DNA of 64,000 nucleotides from positions 14,384,001 to 14,448,000 of the forward strand of contig OX597835.1 of NCBI GenBank assembly GCA_951406725.2, written 5' to 3'. Below are positions 1 to 15,145 of this stretch, piece after piece (the first letter of the stretch is position 1; the number at the start of each line of letters is the position of its first letter). The translations under genes and the position numbers were made by a program. Origin of the DNA: Octopus vulgaris (Eukaryota). The notes beneath the pieces were generated by a model. It saw only the letters and a list, made by a program, of their open reading frames with translations. It searched no databases and was not told the origin of the DNA.

Positions 1-128
1 GGTTTATTTATCGACCCTAATAGAATAAAAGGCAAAACTGACCTCGTCGGAATTTAAACTCGGAACGTTAACTTACCGTAGGGTGTTTTGTTCGACACGC
101 CAACAATTTAATCAAATCCCCGCCTTAA
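1..128 (-). mobile_element. Degenerate family B SINE fragment (runs off window start)
   Basis: Matches the reverse complement of the recurrent unit aaggcggcgagctggc...gagttcaaattccgccgaggtcgactttgcctttcatcctttcggggtcgataaa. Confidence 0.7.
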
Positions 129-2070
129 TTATATCTAAATTGGTCACAATGCTCTGACGATTCTGTCATTTTATTATCTGTCATTTTGTTATATGTGCAA
201 GACCAGAAATTTGAGGGGAGGGGCTTGTTGATTAAATCAACCCTACTGCTGGGTGGGGATTTTATTTAATGAACAGCAAAAGGATTAAATGCATAACTGA
301 TTTCGGTTGGGTTTGAACTTAGTAATGCGCCGAAATAAATACCGCCAAGTAATTTGCCGGATGCTCTACCGATTCAGCCAACTGTTTCTAGCTTTGTTGT
401 ATTTGGAAGAAAATACTGATATGATGTCAGTTTTTTAGTGCGTTTTTATTTTGATCATCCCAGAAAGATGAAAGGCAAGGCCGAGATTTGAACTCACGAG
501 GTAAATAAACGTAAATAAATCTCACAAGGCCTTTTGTTCGACACCCTACCGTTTCTGGCATTTTGCCATTCCTGAACTTATAATGATGATTTCTTACATT
601 GGCAAAGAGCCACAAGTGAAGAAGCTGTTGGTCAGTCAAGCCTGAGAATTACTCTTTAATCATTCTGACAGAGAATTTCCTTCTTCACAAATCATTTTTT
701 ATATTAAACTTGTTCAGCCTCTTGAGAAAAAAAAAATAGAAAAGAATAACTAAAAACCTGTTAATATTGCGATTCTATGTTTCCTTGTAAGCCGTAGTTC
801 TTCAATTCCTTGGGTGCGCGGAAACATACGTCTTCCGTCACCGGAAGTCAGTAATAATAATTACCTTTTATCCTTTTGGCACGTGGCCACACACACTTTA
901 AAGCAAGCTATATTTAATAAGTTACAGAGAGGATGCCCTCCCAGTCTGGTGAGATTGATGTGTCTACCGCCAAGGAAAAACTTTTGCAGAAAACCACACA
1001 AAGATCAGGTGGTGGTGTTAAACTTTAAATGCACAGAAGGTCAGTTTGTATTATCGTGGTACTTGCACCAGAGAAGCTGTTCGCTTGAGCTAAACGGTTC
1101 ACCTGTCTGGTCCTGTTGTTTGCAACTCGAGCTTTAGAGCTTCGTGAACGGGGTTTCAAGACGTCTTGATATCATATCGGCTGTAGAAGTAACATTACGT
1201 CTGAAGTTATTGCTAGATAGATGATCCAAGGTCACCAAAACAGAATTCGGTGATGGAGAAAAAATACAAGAGAGAGAATGGGGGGGATAGAGTAAAACTG
1301 AATCACAAAAGATAAAGAGAAAACGAGAAAAAGTGAGATCAAAAGAAAAGGAAGAAAGAATGAATAAATATATAAAAATAAAGACAAAATTAAGGTTAAT
1401 GAAAAAGTCTGTTGCTGTGGTATTTATTTTTGTCTTAAAGAAAATTTTTTCATAGACAAGTTGTGTTAAGAACAATATACATCGAAGCGATACGCACATA
1501 GTCGTAGCAGCAACTCTTGAATACATTTGACGCATTTCGTCTTTTTTAGAAGCGTGTCAATAACATGCACTTATTTGACATATAATTGAACAAAATCCAT
1601 GCTTCGATATAAAAGAAAGAGAATACATTTATTGATGTTGCGGAATGCCTGCCGGGCAAGCTGTTTTAACTTAATGCTGTTTCGATTGCGTTCACTGAAT
1701 TTTTTTTCAACCTGGCAAGCATTCTACAGTATCAGTACCTGTGTTATTCAATGTTTCGTGCATATCAAGGCAGGAATTTCGTTCAAGCATGTGACAAATG
1801 TTTACACGTTATTGACAAACCTCAAGAAAGGCGAAACTCGTCCCGTGAGTCACTGCTGCAACGATATTTGATTTCGCTTCGATACATACATACATACATA
1901 TGTATATTTAAAGGGCTAAAAAAACCACTCTGTGGTCAGCCGTATGCTAGAAGTAGATCACCTGCGATCAAACTACAAAGAAAAGAATGTTCTCTAGAGA
2001 AAAATTCAGCGGACACCAGAACAATATGCTGGCAAGACAGATGAAAATTATATAAAAAAACAAGAATTAC

Positions 2071-2146
2071 TCACAGACCGGCGGTTTCACCTATTAACAA
2101 ATGAATCACTTATGTAATCCAATTGTCCGTAGGCTCGTCAGTGTGA
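2071..2146 (-). ncRNA. Type I hammerhead ribozyme motif
   Basis: Minus strand reads TCACA-CTGACGA-GCCTA...TAGGT-GAAA-C-CGCCG-GTC-TGTGA. Stem I TCACA/TGTGA, intact core, extended stem II, near-palindromic stem III, GUC cleavage triplet. Confidence 0.8.
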
Positions 2147-3450
2147 TCGTTCCACAGGTAATGTAATTTGTAAAACTAACCACCAGTTTTCCGTATAAAA
2201 ACAGACACGTGTTTAGTTTCACCGATTACATTGGGGTTAATTTCAAATGTCTGAGTTCTGGCGCGCTAAAATTCCGGAAACAAAATCTGCAGTAAATAAT
2301 ACGCGCGCGCACACACACACATATTGTTTCTTTCACATGTCTACGAAGAGATTATTTTTTTCGACGGAGCCAGAGCGGCATGCATTTCTACGGTGCATTC
2401 ACATTTACTATGTTGCACAGATGTCTATACAAAGAAATAGTTTTAAGATTACTATATAAGTAGATAAAAAAATCGTATGAAAATCTTATATATAAAAGAT
2501 ACTAAATGGAAAACGAAAAACGAAATAATTAACTTAAAAAGTAATGTGTTGTTGGGTGATAAAAGAAAAAATGAAAAAAATTGTGAAAACCGAATTTGTG
2601 AGAGTCAAATAGGAACGAGAGTTATTGTTGGAAAGGGAGATAAATCTCTACAAACTTCTGAATCGAAATATTTAAGTGAGAGAATACAATGTTAGTGATA
2701 CAGAGAGAAGAACCAGCTATAAACAAGTCTTTATAACGAACGAAATAAGATGAAATATACCAGAATAAAGATGTAAACAGAGGAATCTTAATGCATCTAT
2801 CTATAGAAGTACTATAGATAAACAAATCGAATGAAAGCGCCAAAACCTAAGCAAGTAATTATACGAAAGCACGCAGGCACACAAATATATATGTGTACCA
2901 CCAACGGAGATCCAATAATTCACACATAATAATGATGTACATATAAGTCCATATGCAATTTTAAAATTGTATTACTTTGATTCTATATATGGTAGAAATG
3001 AATTAACCCGTGAAAAGGAAAAGTGAAAGAATTTGTTATATTTCTAAATATATTTATTCTGAAGATAGTTAATTATCAAAAATGCCGATAGACATTGCGA
3101 ATAACAAACGGCGATGTGATTCTGAGATCTAGAAATAGGTTTTGCAGCTGATTTTTCGGTTCTACACCGAATCACACTTGTTATTCTTGCCTGCAAGGAC
3201 TAACATTAAACGTGATGTAGTTGAATAAACTGTGAGTTTTACAGTTCCCCTGAAATAAAGTCGAAGCAATTATTCATTTTTCAAGCATAATTTATCATAA
3301 ATTATAATAAATTTTTGATGGACGACCTTAAACCAGAGATATCAAGTTACTAAACAGAAACTGTTACAGGATATTTATATTATCGTATATAAAACTAAAC
3401 TGAAGTTACAACGATTTGAAATTGCACATGGATGTTCATACTGATTCGAC

Positions 3451-3668
3451 ATACTCTTTTGTTCTTTTACTTGTTTCAGTCATTGGACTACGGCCATGCT
3501 GGAGCACCGCCTTTAGTCGAGCAGATCGACCCCCAGGACTTATTCTTTGTAAGCCTAGTACATATTCGATCGGTCTCTCTTGCCGAAACACTAAGTGACG
3601 GGGACAACGCATCAGTTCTCAAGCGATATTGGGGGGGACAAATACAGACACAGAAACATACACACACA

Positions 3669-3726
<58 letters not shown>

Positions 3727-3875
3727 AAAATATACGACGGGTTTCTTTCAGTTTCAGTCTACCAAATCCACTCACAAGGCTTTAGTCAGCCCGAAGCTAT
3801 AGTAGAAGGCACTTGCTTTAGGTGCTATGCAGTGGGACTGAACCCGGAACCATGTGGTTGGTAAGCAAGCTACTC
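3451..3875 (-). mobile_element. Family A SINE (tRNA-like head, internal (TA)n(TG)n, gtaaaaga tail), 5' truncated
   Basis: Reverse complement of the family A unit seen at 16847, 26578, 46923 and 57904. Confidence 0.85.
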
Positions 3876-4199
3876 CTAGGCTATGTATATAAAACTCTAT
3901 ATACATGCTTTTATATTCAGCATGCTTATATAAATTTAAACACGCATATGTAAAAATACACGTACATGCACACGCGCATACACATATACACTTACATACA
4001 TATATATGTACATACTCATGTATGCGCACATACATATGCACATGATATCAAGCATGTATTCACACATTAATATTTATACACGTACTTACAGAGCCATACG
4101 CACACAAAGAAACACACAGGGACCAAAAACGCATACAAGTATATACGCACACACACACATACGCCCTACATAAAAACATATCACGTGATTGACCAGGCT

Positions 4200-4473
4200 A
4201 GTGGATGTTGTTATACAACGCTGGTCACAATGCACTTTGTATCGTTTTAGCTTTCGAACGATGCTACCTCGCTGGCTAGGCAAACAGGCCAACATTCAGC
4301 CCCCCCTGATTGAGAGGGGAGTCCGTCGCAGAGTGACCTGTATTCAGCTGAGTGAACTGGAGTAACGAGGAATGATTGTTGTTCAAGAGAACAATGGATC
4401 GGTCGGTCCGGGAAACGAACCCACGTTTTTTCGATCGTGAGTGTAACACGCTAACCACTTCACCACATGCCTT
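4200..4473 (-). mobile_element. tRNA-derived SINE (family F; CORE-like central block, distinct tail)
   Basis: Minus strand has A-box-like tggtgaagtgg, B-box-like ggttcgtttcc and the central ctccagttcactcagctg shared with families C and E. Confidence 0.6.
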
Positions 4474-4731
4474 CACACATGCCCAGCTACCTACACGGGT
4501 CTTATACTATACGACTTAGCATTTCGTTAAATCATCCATAAATACAAATGGCAAATATAAATGCTGGCGGAGAGAATTGACTGTTCCATGGAAGCAATGG
4601 AGGTATACTGTTGATGATTCCAATCGGAACGAGACGGTGCAGTCCAGTATTCTAGCTTCGCTTCACACGTGGGGCAGCTGTCTCCCCTGTTCAGTATATA
4701 TGAAAGTGCTTATACGTTGATACAAATAAGA

Positions 4732-5141
<410 letters not shown>

Positions 5142-5404
5142 TCAAAGTCCCTGAAATCTACTGGATTCCTAAAGAAAGGGACATGTTGCTGTTTTTTAAG
5201 TAAAACTACAGATGTTTGGGTACGGCACCACCCTAGAAGTGCACACATGTAACAGGGGTAAAAACTTGAGGGCTTTGATAGCGCAAGCGAAGCGAAAAGG
5301 GAAAGGGGCCGCCACTAATCAATGAAGGAAAGAGTTTAACAGTGTAAAAAATGTAGTCATGGGGGTTTCAACAATGTACCTATGCACATATGTTTGGGTG
5401 GGTA

Positions 5405-5422
5405 TGTATGCATATATATGTA

Positions 5423-5497
<75 letters not shown>

Positions 5498-5620
5498 GTA
5501 TATATATGTATACTTATAAATGTATATATATATGTATATATGTATATATATATATGTATATATATATTTATATGTATATATATATGTATATATATATATA
5601 TGTATGTATATATATATATG

Positions 5621-5656
<36 letters not shown>

Positions 5657-6290
5657 ACATATATGTATATATATATGTATATATTTTCTGTATATATATA
5701 TGTATATATATATACATATATATATATGTGTGTGTATATGTATGTTTGTATGTATGCATGTATGAATGTATGCGTATATGAATATATGTATTATGCGTGC
5801 GTGTACGAATGTATGTATGTGTGCATACGTATATATGTAGATATGTATGTGTATAGTATATTGCACATGATATATCTGTATATAGGTATGCGTAAAAAAT
5901 GTATGTGTGTACTATGCATGTTTGTGTACATGTGTGGTTATATGTACACCTACCTACCTACCTATCTATCTTTATATACATACATACCTCCATATATATA
6001 TTCATACACACACACACACGTACACACACGCACTCACACACACACACACGTACACACACACACTCACACACACACACACACATATATATGAAATTATGTA
6101 CCTATATGACTGTATATGTGTGCATGTATTTGTATTTATTTATAAAGATGCAAATATATATAGGCCTTATGTTTGTCCATACGCACACACACACATTCTC
6201 ATACACGCAAACATACATACATACATACATACACATGCTTGTGTATATATGAGTGTTTATGTGTAAATGAGTGCGTGTGTGTGTGTGTAT
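5405..6290. repeat. Compound (TA)n/(TG)n/(CA)n microsatellite region
   Basis: Direct reading; explains the YI/HT-repeat ORFs. Confidence 0.95.
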
Positions 6291-6930
6291 AAGCAGAGTG
6301 AGGGAATGGGGAAAAATCGCATAAAAACAGAAGTAAATACATAGTTCCACAGAACTTGTGAGAACTGCCAAAAACCAGCCCCCCCACCACCACCACCACA
6401 AAAAAAACAATAAAAACAGATAAAAATCAGTGAAAAAAAAAAACAAAACCATAATAACACAAAACAGATAAAGTAAATAGGAGAAATAAATAATAAAAAA
6501 ATAACTATAAAAAAATTCTATATATAAAGAATAAAAATATAAAAGAAGTATGTCTGGAGTTCTTGTAGACTGCCACGTCTGGAGTTATATTTAGGCTGGA
6601 AACTAAGGAGGCTGTTTAAAGGGAGTTGAAAGGTAACAATATGTGGGAGGGGACTCAAGGGGAAATTAGGTTGAATATGATATTCGATGTGGGGGCCGCT
6701 TGGGTTGTTGAGAGGAAAAGTATTTGGGAAGAAGGTGGATACATGGGAAAAGATTAACAATGAGAAATAAGTATGTGTGTGTGTGCGTGTGTACGTGTGT
6801 GTGTGTGTGTGTGTGTGTACGTGTACGTGTGTGTGTGTGTGTATACGTATATGTGTAATATGTACATGTGCTTGCATTATGTCAATATATATGTGTTTGT
6901 GTGTGTGTATATATATATATATCCACACAC

Positions 6931-6991
<61 letters not shown>

Positions 6992-6994
<3 letters not shown>

Positions 6995-7398
6995 TGTGTG
7001 GTAAGTAGCTTGCTAACCAACCACATGGTTGCGGTTCAGTCCACTGCGTGGCACCTTGGGCAAGTGTCTTCTGCTATAGCCTCGGGCCGACCAAAGCCTT
7101 GTGAGTGGATTTGGTGACGGAAACTGAAAGAAGCCTGTCATATATATGTATATATATATATGTATGTGTGTTTGTTTGTGTGTCTGTGTTTGTCCCCCTA
7201 GCATTGCTTGACAACCGATGCTGGTGTGTTTATGTCCCCGTCACTTAGCGGTTCGGCAAAAAGAGACCGATAGAATAAGTACTGGGCTTACAAAAAAAGA
7301 ATAAGTCCCGGGGTCGAGTTGCTCGACTAAAGGCGGTGCTCCAGCATGGCCGCAGTCAAATGACTGAAACAAGTGAAAGAGTAAAAGAGTAAAAGAGT
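6992..7398 (+). mobile_element. Family A SINE
   Basis: tggctgtgtggtaagtagcttgctaaccaaccacatgg...ggcaccttgggcaagtgtc...(TA/TG)n...aaatgactgaaacaagt-(gtaaaaga)n. Confidence 0.9.
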
Positions 7399-7429
7399 AT
7401 ATATATATATACACACGTATATACGAAAT

Positions 7430-7604
7430 AGTTAGCGGTATTTCGCTTGTCGCTACGTTCTGGGTTTAAATTCCGCCGAGGTCGACTTTGCCTTTCATCC
7501 TTTCGGGGTCGATAAATTAAGTACCAGTGAAACACTGTTGTCAATGTAATCGACTAGTCACCCCGCTCCCAAATTTCAGCCCTTGAGCCAATAGCAGAAA
7601 GGAT

Positions 7605-7606
<2 letters not shown>
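7430..7606 (+). mobile_element. Family B SINE (5' truncated, older tail variant)
   Basis: Contains ttccgccgaggtcgactttgcctttcatcctttcggggtcgataaattaagtaccag. Confidence 0.8.
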
Positions 7607-7682
<76 letters not shown>

Positions 7683-7690
<8 letters not shown>

Positions 7691-7896
7691 AATATGTTAC
7701 ATTACTCGATAGTCAAGATAAAACTCTGAGTTTCAGATGCCGAAGTGGAAATCCACAACACCATCTCTTCGGTTATCTGGCTATTTGAAAAACTATCTTG
7801 ACTATCGAGTAATGTAACATATTATTGTATAGATAAATTTCCTCTATTTACATAATATTGAGGTCTCTTTCTTTCTTTTGTTATCTTACCGTTTTA

Positions 7897-7900
<4 letters not shown>
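7683..7900. mobile_element. Short (TA)n-embedded element with ~38-bp inverted terminal duplication (Penelope-like end, inferred)
   Basis: tacaataatatgttacattactcgatagtcaagata (~7685-7720) is the reverse complement of ~7794-7829; flanked by (TA)n on both sides. Confidence 0.55.
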
Positions 7901-7987
<87 letters not shown>

Positions 7988-8399
7988 TGCTTGTACAGTG
8001 TGCTGATGCGTTATTTTATCGACCATGTAGGGATGAAAGGCAATCGTTGACCTCGGCAGGATTTGAACTCGTAGCATAAATAACCGGCAGAATTATCTCG
8101 AGGTAATTTAACCTAATTTGTTAATCTAATCCCTTCTCTAACAGTAATAAAAAAAGACGCAAGACAGACGGGAGACTTTAAAATTTTAAGCACACACACA
8201 CACAAGGGTGCGTACACACAGATATGTATATATGCACACTCACACAAGCACATATACATGCATACATACATACATACAAACACACACACAGAGTCCCACA
8301 CACATATGCAAGCCATATACATAAGCACACATATATCTACAAACGCACACACATACACATGCAGACATGCTCAAACAAGAATATGCACATATACATACA

Positions 8400-8642
8400 T
8401 ACACACACATAAGCATACACGCACACGAACACGGACACTCACACATACACACACACACAGACACACACATACACACACAAAAACACTTGTACAAGCATAC
8501 ACACAAGCACGAATCCACAGAAAAGTACACATACACACACACAACACACGCACACACACACACATATATATATATACACCCGCATAAGCACATATACAAG
8601 CATACACAAAAACACGCATCCCCAGAAAAGCACACACACACA

Positions 8643-8698
<56 letters not shown>

Positions 8699-8821
8699 CA
8701 CCTACATAAGCACATATACAAGCATACACAAAAGCACGTATCCACAGAAGCACACACACACACATATATATACACCCACATAAGCAAATATACAAGCATA
8801 CACAAACGCACGTATCCACAG

Positions 8822-8863
<42 letters not shown>

Positions 8864-8870
8864 GCACACA
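8400..8870. repeat. CA-rich minisatellite with higher-order unit
   Basis: Recurring cacc(c/t)(g/a)cataagca(c/a)atatacaagcatacaca...cacg(c/t)atcc(a)caga blocks separated by (CA)n. Confidence 0.75.
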
Positions 8871-9273
8871 CAGTCATACAAGCCGCACACAATTCTACAC
8901 ATATGCATTAGAAATAATTACTAAGACTTTATGCAATTTTATATAAACGGGATTAATTGGTAGAACCATAAAGACAGGAAGCTCTGAATAAACTTACATA
9001 AAGCAATCGCTGACTTAATCTCCAAAATTTTTATTTATTTATCTACTTATTGCATTATTTATATGTTTAGTTATTTAATTATTTGTTTATTGTACTCAAA
9101 AATTTATCCGAGAGATTTAAATATTTTCATTTTGTATCATATATAATATGTGCTGACAATGGCAAAGATATGCTAAAGATATGGTAAAGATATGGTAAAG
9201 AAATGCTTGGTTTCCTGGAATATAATTGGGATACCGTAAGACGGTAATATTGTGAACCAATTGAAATACGACA

Positions 9274-9290
9274 TAATAATAATGATGATG

Positions 9291-9321
<31 letters not shown>

Positions 9322-9446
9322 TAATAATAATAATAATGATAATAATAATGATAATAATAATAATAATAATGATAATAATAATAATGATAATAATAATAAA
9401 TATTAATAATAATAATAATAATAATGATAATAATAAAAAAATAAAT

Positions 9447-9481
<35 letters not shown>

Positions 9482-9620
9482 TAATTATAATAAAAAATAA
9501 ATAATAATAATAATAAATAATAATAATAATAATAATGAATATAATAATGATAATAATAATGATAGTAATTATAAAAATAAATAATAATAATAATAAAAAT
9601 GAATAATAATAATAATAATG

Positions 9621-9712
<92 letters not shown>

Positions 9713-9735
9713 TAATTAATAATAATAATAATAAT

Positions 9736-9797
<62 letters not shown>
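9274..9797. repeat. (AAT)n microsatellite
   Basis: Direct reading. Confidence 0.95.
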
Positions 9798-10008
9798 TTA
9801 TTTAATTAATCTAAAACTACACAAAAGGGGGTTTTCTATTGTATTAACGTCGAAAGTATAACTCGAGCGTTATAGAAGATATTCGACTTGCAGCCATATC
9901 AATTTTCCAAAAATATATTTTGCCGGCAGAGAAATAAGAAGAGAAGAAATCCTTCAATGTTACTTTTAGTTCCATGAAAGAGAATATTATATCAATAATT
10001 ATGCTATT

Positions 10009-10350
10009 TAAGGCGGCGAGCTGATTGAGTCGTTAAGCACGACGGACCAAATGCAAAGCGGCGTTTCGTTCGTCTTTACATTCTGTGTTGGAATTCCGCC
10101 GATGTCGGCTTTGCCTCTGATCCTTTCCTGGTCGATAAAACAAGTACCAATGAAACACTGCGGTCGATGTAATCGACTTACTCCCACCCTGAAACCCAAA
10201 AACTTTTTTCATTCTGAATTCAAAGTTCCACCAAGGTCTACACAGCCTCTCGTGCCACCGAGGTTGATAAAAAAATGTACCAATCAAACACCAATACTTG
10301 ATGGTATTGACTAACTCACTACCATCTAAAAAATCCTGGCCTTCTGCATA
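10009..10350 (+). mobile_element. Two degenerate family B SINE copies
   Basis: aaggcggcgagctg head; diverged ttccgccgatgtcggctttgcc...gtcgataaaacaagtacc. Confidence 0.65.
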
Positions 10351-10985
10351 AATTATAAGAATAATTAGAGTGTGGTTGTTTGGCGGAATCATTACAAAAT
10401 GGGACGACAGGGCGCAGGCGCAGCTGTTTGGACGTTGACGATTTGGCGCAACTGGCTGAACATTGAACCTGTTTTGACGACAGCACCATTTGGAACTTGA
10501 TGCATGCAGACACTCGCGCAGAAATACAGACTTATAGATAAGGTGAGAGAGGGGGAGAAAGACAGAAAGGGAAAGAAAAGAGGGAGTGAGAAGGAGAGAG
10601 AAAGAGGGACAGAATGAGGGATAGAGAGAGACGTTCATTTCCAGCTAACATGAGATAGTTGCCTCAGTAGTATAAATCTATGTTAGTGGACACACCTCAT
10701 GTTAATTTCATCAGCCATACTCTTTCATGCTGGCTTAGGAATGGAAGAAGGGGTTAGTTTTAGAGTTCTCCTTCTCCAAGACTGATTGCTTTCACTGCAG
10801 CTAAGGAGCTCAATCTATCCTTGCAAAAATATATATAACCCCAAGATGCGACCCTGACAGATACTACTGTTTTGGGTCAGGCGGATCTGGGAGTAATGGT
10901 GATTAAAGGGTGACTCCATGGTCCCTACAGTTCCAGAGCTCCCGAACTGGAATCTCACCACCGGGTGCAGTTTAATGTGATACCC

Positions 10986-11042
<57 letters not shown>

Positions 11043-11775
11043 CAATTTATTATTTGAACACGATTGATATGAACCTTTTCTCTCTCTGCATACGCATAAA
11101 GAAAAATATTCTCACACATAAACAGGGAGAGAATGAGAGAGAAAGAGAGAGAACTAGAGAAACATTAAAACGAGAGAAACTTTAAAAAGTCAAATAAGTC
11201 AGCGTCGAATCAGCGATGCCAAGCAGCCGGCGCCAAAAGTGCTATGGCAAGATGTCTCACATCCAAATCCTTAGCACGTCAAAAAAACACAAAAAAAAAC
11301 ACGTCGCAGTATTTCTTCCAGCGCTTTACATAATGAGTTCAAAACCCACTGAAGACAACCTTGTATATAACCTTCTTCCAGATGTTAAATAAAGTACCAG
11401 TCTAGTTCTGGACTCAACGTTATCAATTAACGAATCACACATCTTTTTATAATTGCAAGCCTTGTGCTTAACTTCTCGGTTGTACTTTCGTCTATTCTGC
11501 AAAATCGGCGCAATCGAAGGAAAAGCCATGAATTTTAGTCGTAAAGTTGTGTGAAGAAGGAATGTTTTGCAGCAATTCCCCTAATCTTTCGAAGCAACAG
11601 AAGAGATCAACTTAATCTTGTGGAATCTAGCCAAATGATTAATTATCTGGATTGTAGATGTCGCTCAAGATGTTTAAGAAGGGAATGGGGTTAGAGTAGG
11701 GGTCTCTTTGTCCATCACGATTACTTGCCGTTTCACTTTAAATCTTACTGGATGTTGGAGGAGGAGTAGGAGGAG

Positions 11776-11812
<37 letters not shown>

Positions 11813-12012
11813 AAAGAGATACGACGATGTGAGATGTTGACAGGTTGACATCAGAAGGTTAGATGAGATTTTATTATTAATCGGGGCTGGGAAGGGGGAT
11901 AAGAGGGGGTCGCTGCGGTAGTTCAGAAGTCTCTAGTTCACATGACACGCTGCTGCTGTGGTTACTGCTGCTACAACTACCATCACCACCACCACCACCG
12001 CCGCCGCCGCAG

Positions 12013-12063
<51 letters not shown>

Positions 12064-12400
12064 TTATAATAGAAGATACTTGCCCAAGGTGCCACGCAGT
12101 GAGCTTGAACCCAGGACTATGTGGTTGGGAAGCAAGCTTCTTAACCACACTACTCTACTACTACTACTACTACTACTACTCTTCTGTAACTGCTAGTAGT
12201 AGTAGTAGTAGCAGTGGTGGTGGTGATAGTAGTGGTACCGGTAGCAGTAGTGGTGGTGGCCGTAGTAGAAATGGTAGTAGAGGTGGGGGGATGGTAGTGG
12301 TTTTAGTGCTTGTTGTGATAGTAGTTGTGGTAGTGGTGGTAGTATTCTTAACAGTGGTGCTAGTTGTAGTAGTGGTGGGCATGGTCGTCGTCGTCATCGC

Positions 12401-12447
<47 letters not shown>

Positions 12448-12479
12448 CAACAGCAGCAGCAGTAGTAGTGGTGGATGAT

Positions 12480-12861
12480 GGAAGCACTCCGTCGGTTACG
12501 ACGACGAGGGTACCGGTTGATCCGATCAACGGAACAGCCTGCTCGTGAAATTAACGTGCAAGTGGCTGAGCACTCCACAGACACGTGTACCCTTAACGTA
12601 GTTCTCGGGGATATTCAGCGTGACACAGAGAGTGACAAGGCCGGCCCTTTGAAATACAGGTACAACAGAAACAGGAAGTAAGAGTGAGAGAAAGTTGTGG
12701 TGAAAGAGTACAGCAGGGATCACCACCATCCCCTGCCGGAGCCTCGTGGAGCTTTTAGGTGTTTTCGCTCAATAAACACTCACAAAGCCCGGTCTGGGAA
12801 TCGAAACCGCGATCCTACGACCGCGAGTCCGCTGCCCTAACCACTGGGCCATTGCGCCTCC
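12480..12861 (-). mobile_element. Family D tRNA-derived SINE (full length) inside a (GTA)n tract
   Basis: Near-identical reverse complement of 20732-21112; A-box tggcccagtgg, B-box gtttcgattcc. Confidence 0.9.
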
Positions 12862-12957
12862 AGTAGTAGTAGAAATTAGATAATTTTAGTAGAGTTTCTT
12901 TTCTTTCTCTTTTCTGCCGTTCATGATGATGTAGTCGTCGCCACCGGTGTCGATAGA

Positions 12958-13256
12958 TGTGGTGGTTGTTGTTGTGGTGGTGGTGGTGGTTGTGGTGGTG
13001 GTGGTGGTTGTGGTGGTGGTGGTTGTGGTGGTGGTTGTGGTGGTGGTGGTTGTGGTGGTTGTGGTGGTTGTGGTGGTTGTGGTGGTGGTGGTGGTGGTGG
13101 TGGTGGTGGTGGTGGTGGTGGTGGTTGTGGTGGTGGTTGTGGTGGTGGTGGTGGTAGTGGTGGTGGTGGTGGTGGTGGTGTGGTGGTGGTGGTGGTGGTG
13201 GTGGTGGTGGTGGTGGTGGTGGTGGTGGTGGTGGTGGTGGTGGTGGTGGTGGTGGC
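12958..13256. repeat. (GGT)n microsatellite
   Basis: Direct reading. Confidence 0.95.
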
Positions 13257-13519
13257 TTTTTATAAATGAATGAATAAATAATTAACTCCGGTAAATATTA
13301 TTGTTTCCCCCTCGGGAGAGAGAGGCATCTGTGGAAGGCGTTGTCTATTTGCCTGAGTCACTGATACGTTCGAATGCGTTTCTGCATCATTTTTGTATCA
13401 TTTGATTTCTTATGTAATGGAGATAATGACATCCTCTTCACCTGTCACTCTCGGATCCTCCGCCGCCTCCGCCGCCGCCAATATCTCGTGTAATATCATT
13501 ACAATCACCACTATTATCC

Positions 13520-14470
<951 letters not shown>

Positions 14471-15145
14471 CTGACTTACCACCATCATCACCATCACCCC
14501 CGCCGCGTCCCACATCCCCGTCCCTGCACCCACCCCTGCCACTACCATCACAACTGCCATTATCACTACACGTATCACCACCACCATAACCTGACGCCGC
14601 TACCGCTACCATCGACAACAACAGCAACCAGTACCATTATCTGTGTTTGGCAATGGCCGGCTACTACTGCTACTAGTAGTAAAATACCATTGAAATTGGT
14701 TTGCTATAAATCACCTGTCATTAACGTTTTTGGGACAAGTCTACCGTGGTGTCACCCTGATTAGTGTAAGTCATACACTGCACAATGATTTCATCACCTC
14801 TACGTTCTCTCTGCTTCTTTTAAATTGACATCTCTGCACTGAAAATGTAGTTAGGTTTTTCGTAAAATCTGAATTGAAGTAGAAGATACAGACAGACTCT
14901 GCAGCCTCAACTAGAGAGATAATTATACACGACTGTGTTTAAGTTTGTAAGCGAAAAAGGTGAATCTATTGGGAAGGTGAAGGTGAAACGAGGTTATTGG
15001 ATTAGTTCAACCGTGTATTTGAATGATTCCCGATAAAATTTATTATAAGGTGTAAATGCAATGAAGAATAAAAAAAGCAGAAGATGCGAGGACTATGTTT
15101 AAAAAATACGGTATTAACTTAACGCTTTAAATGAGCAGAGAAAGA

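Noticed and set aside
5359-6266. YI/HT/CV-repeat ORFs here and throughout the window
   Set aside because: Products of (TA)n, (CA)n and (TG)n repeats.
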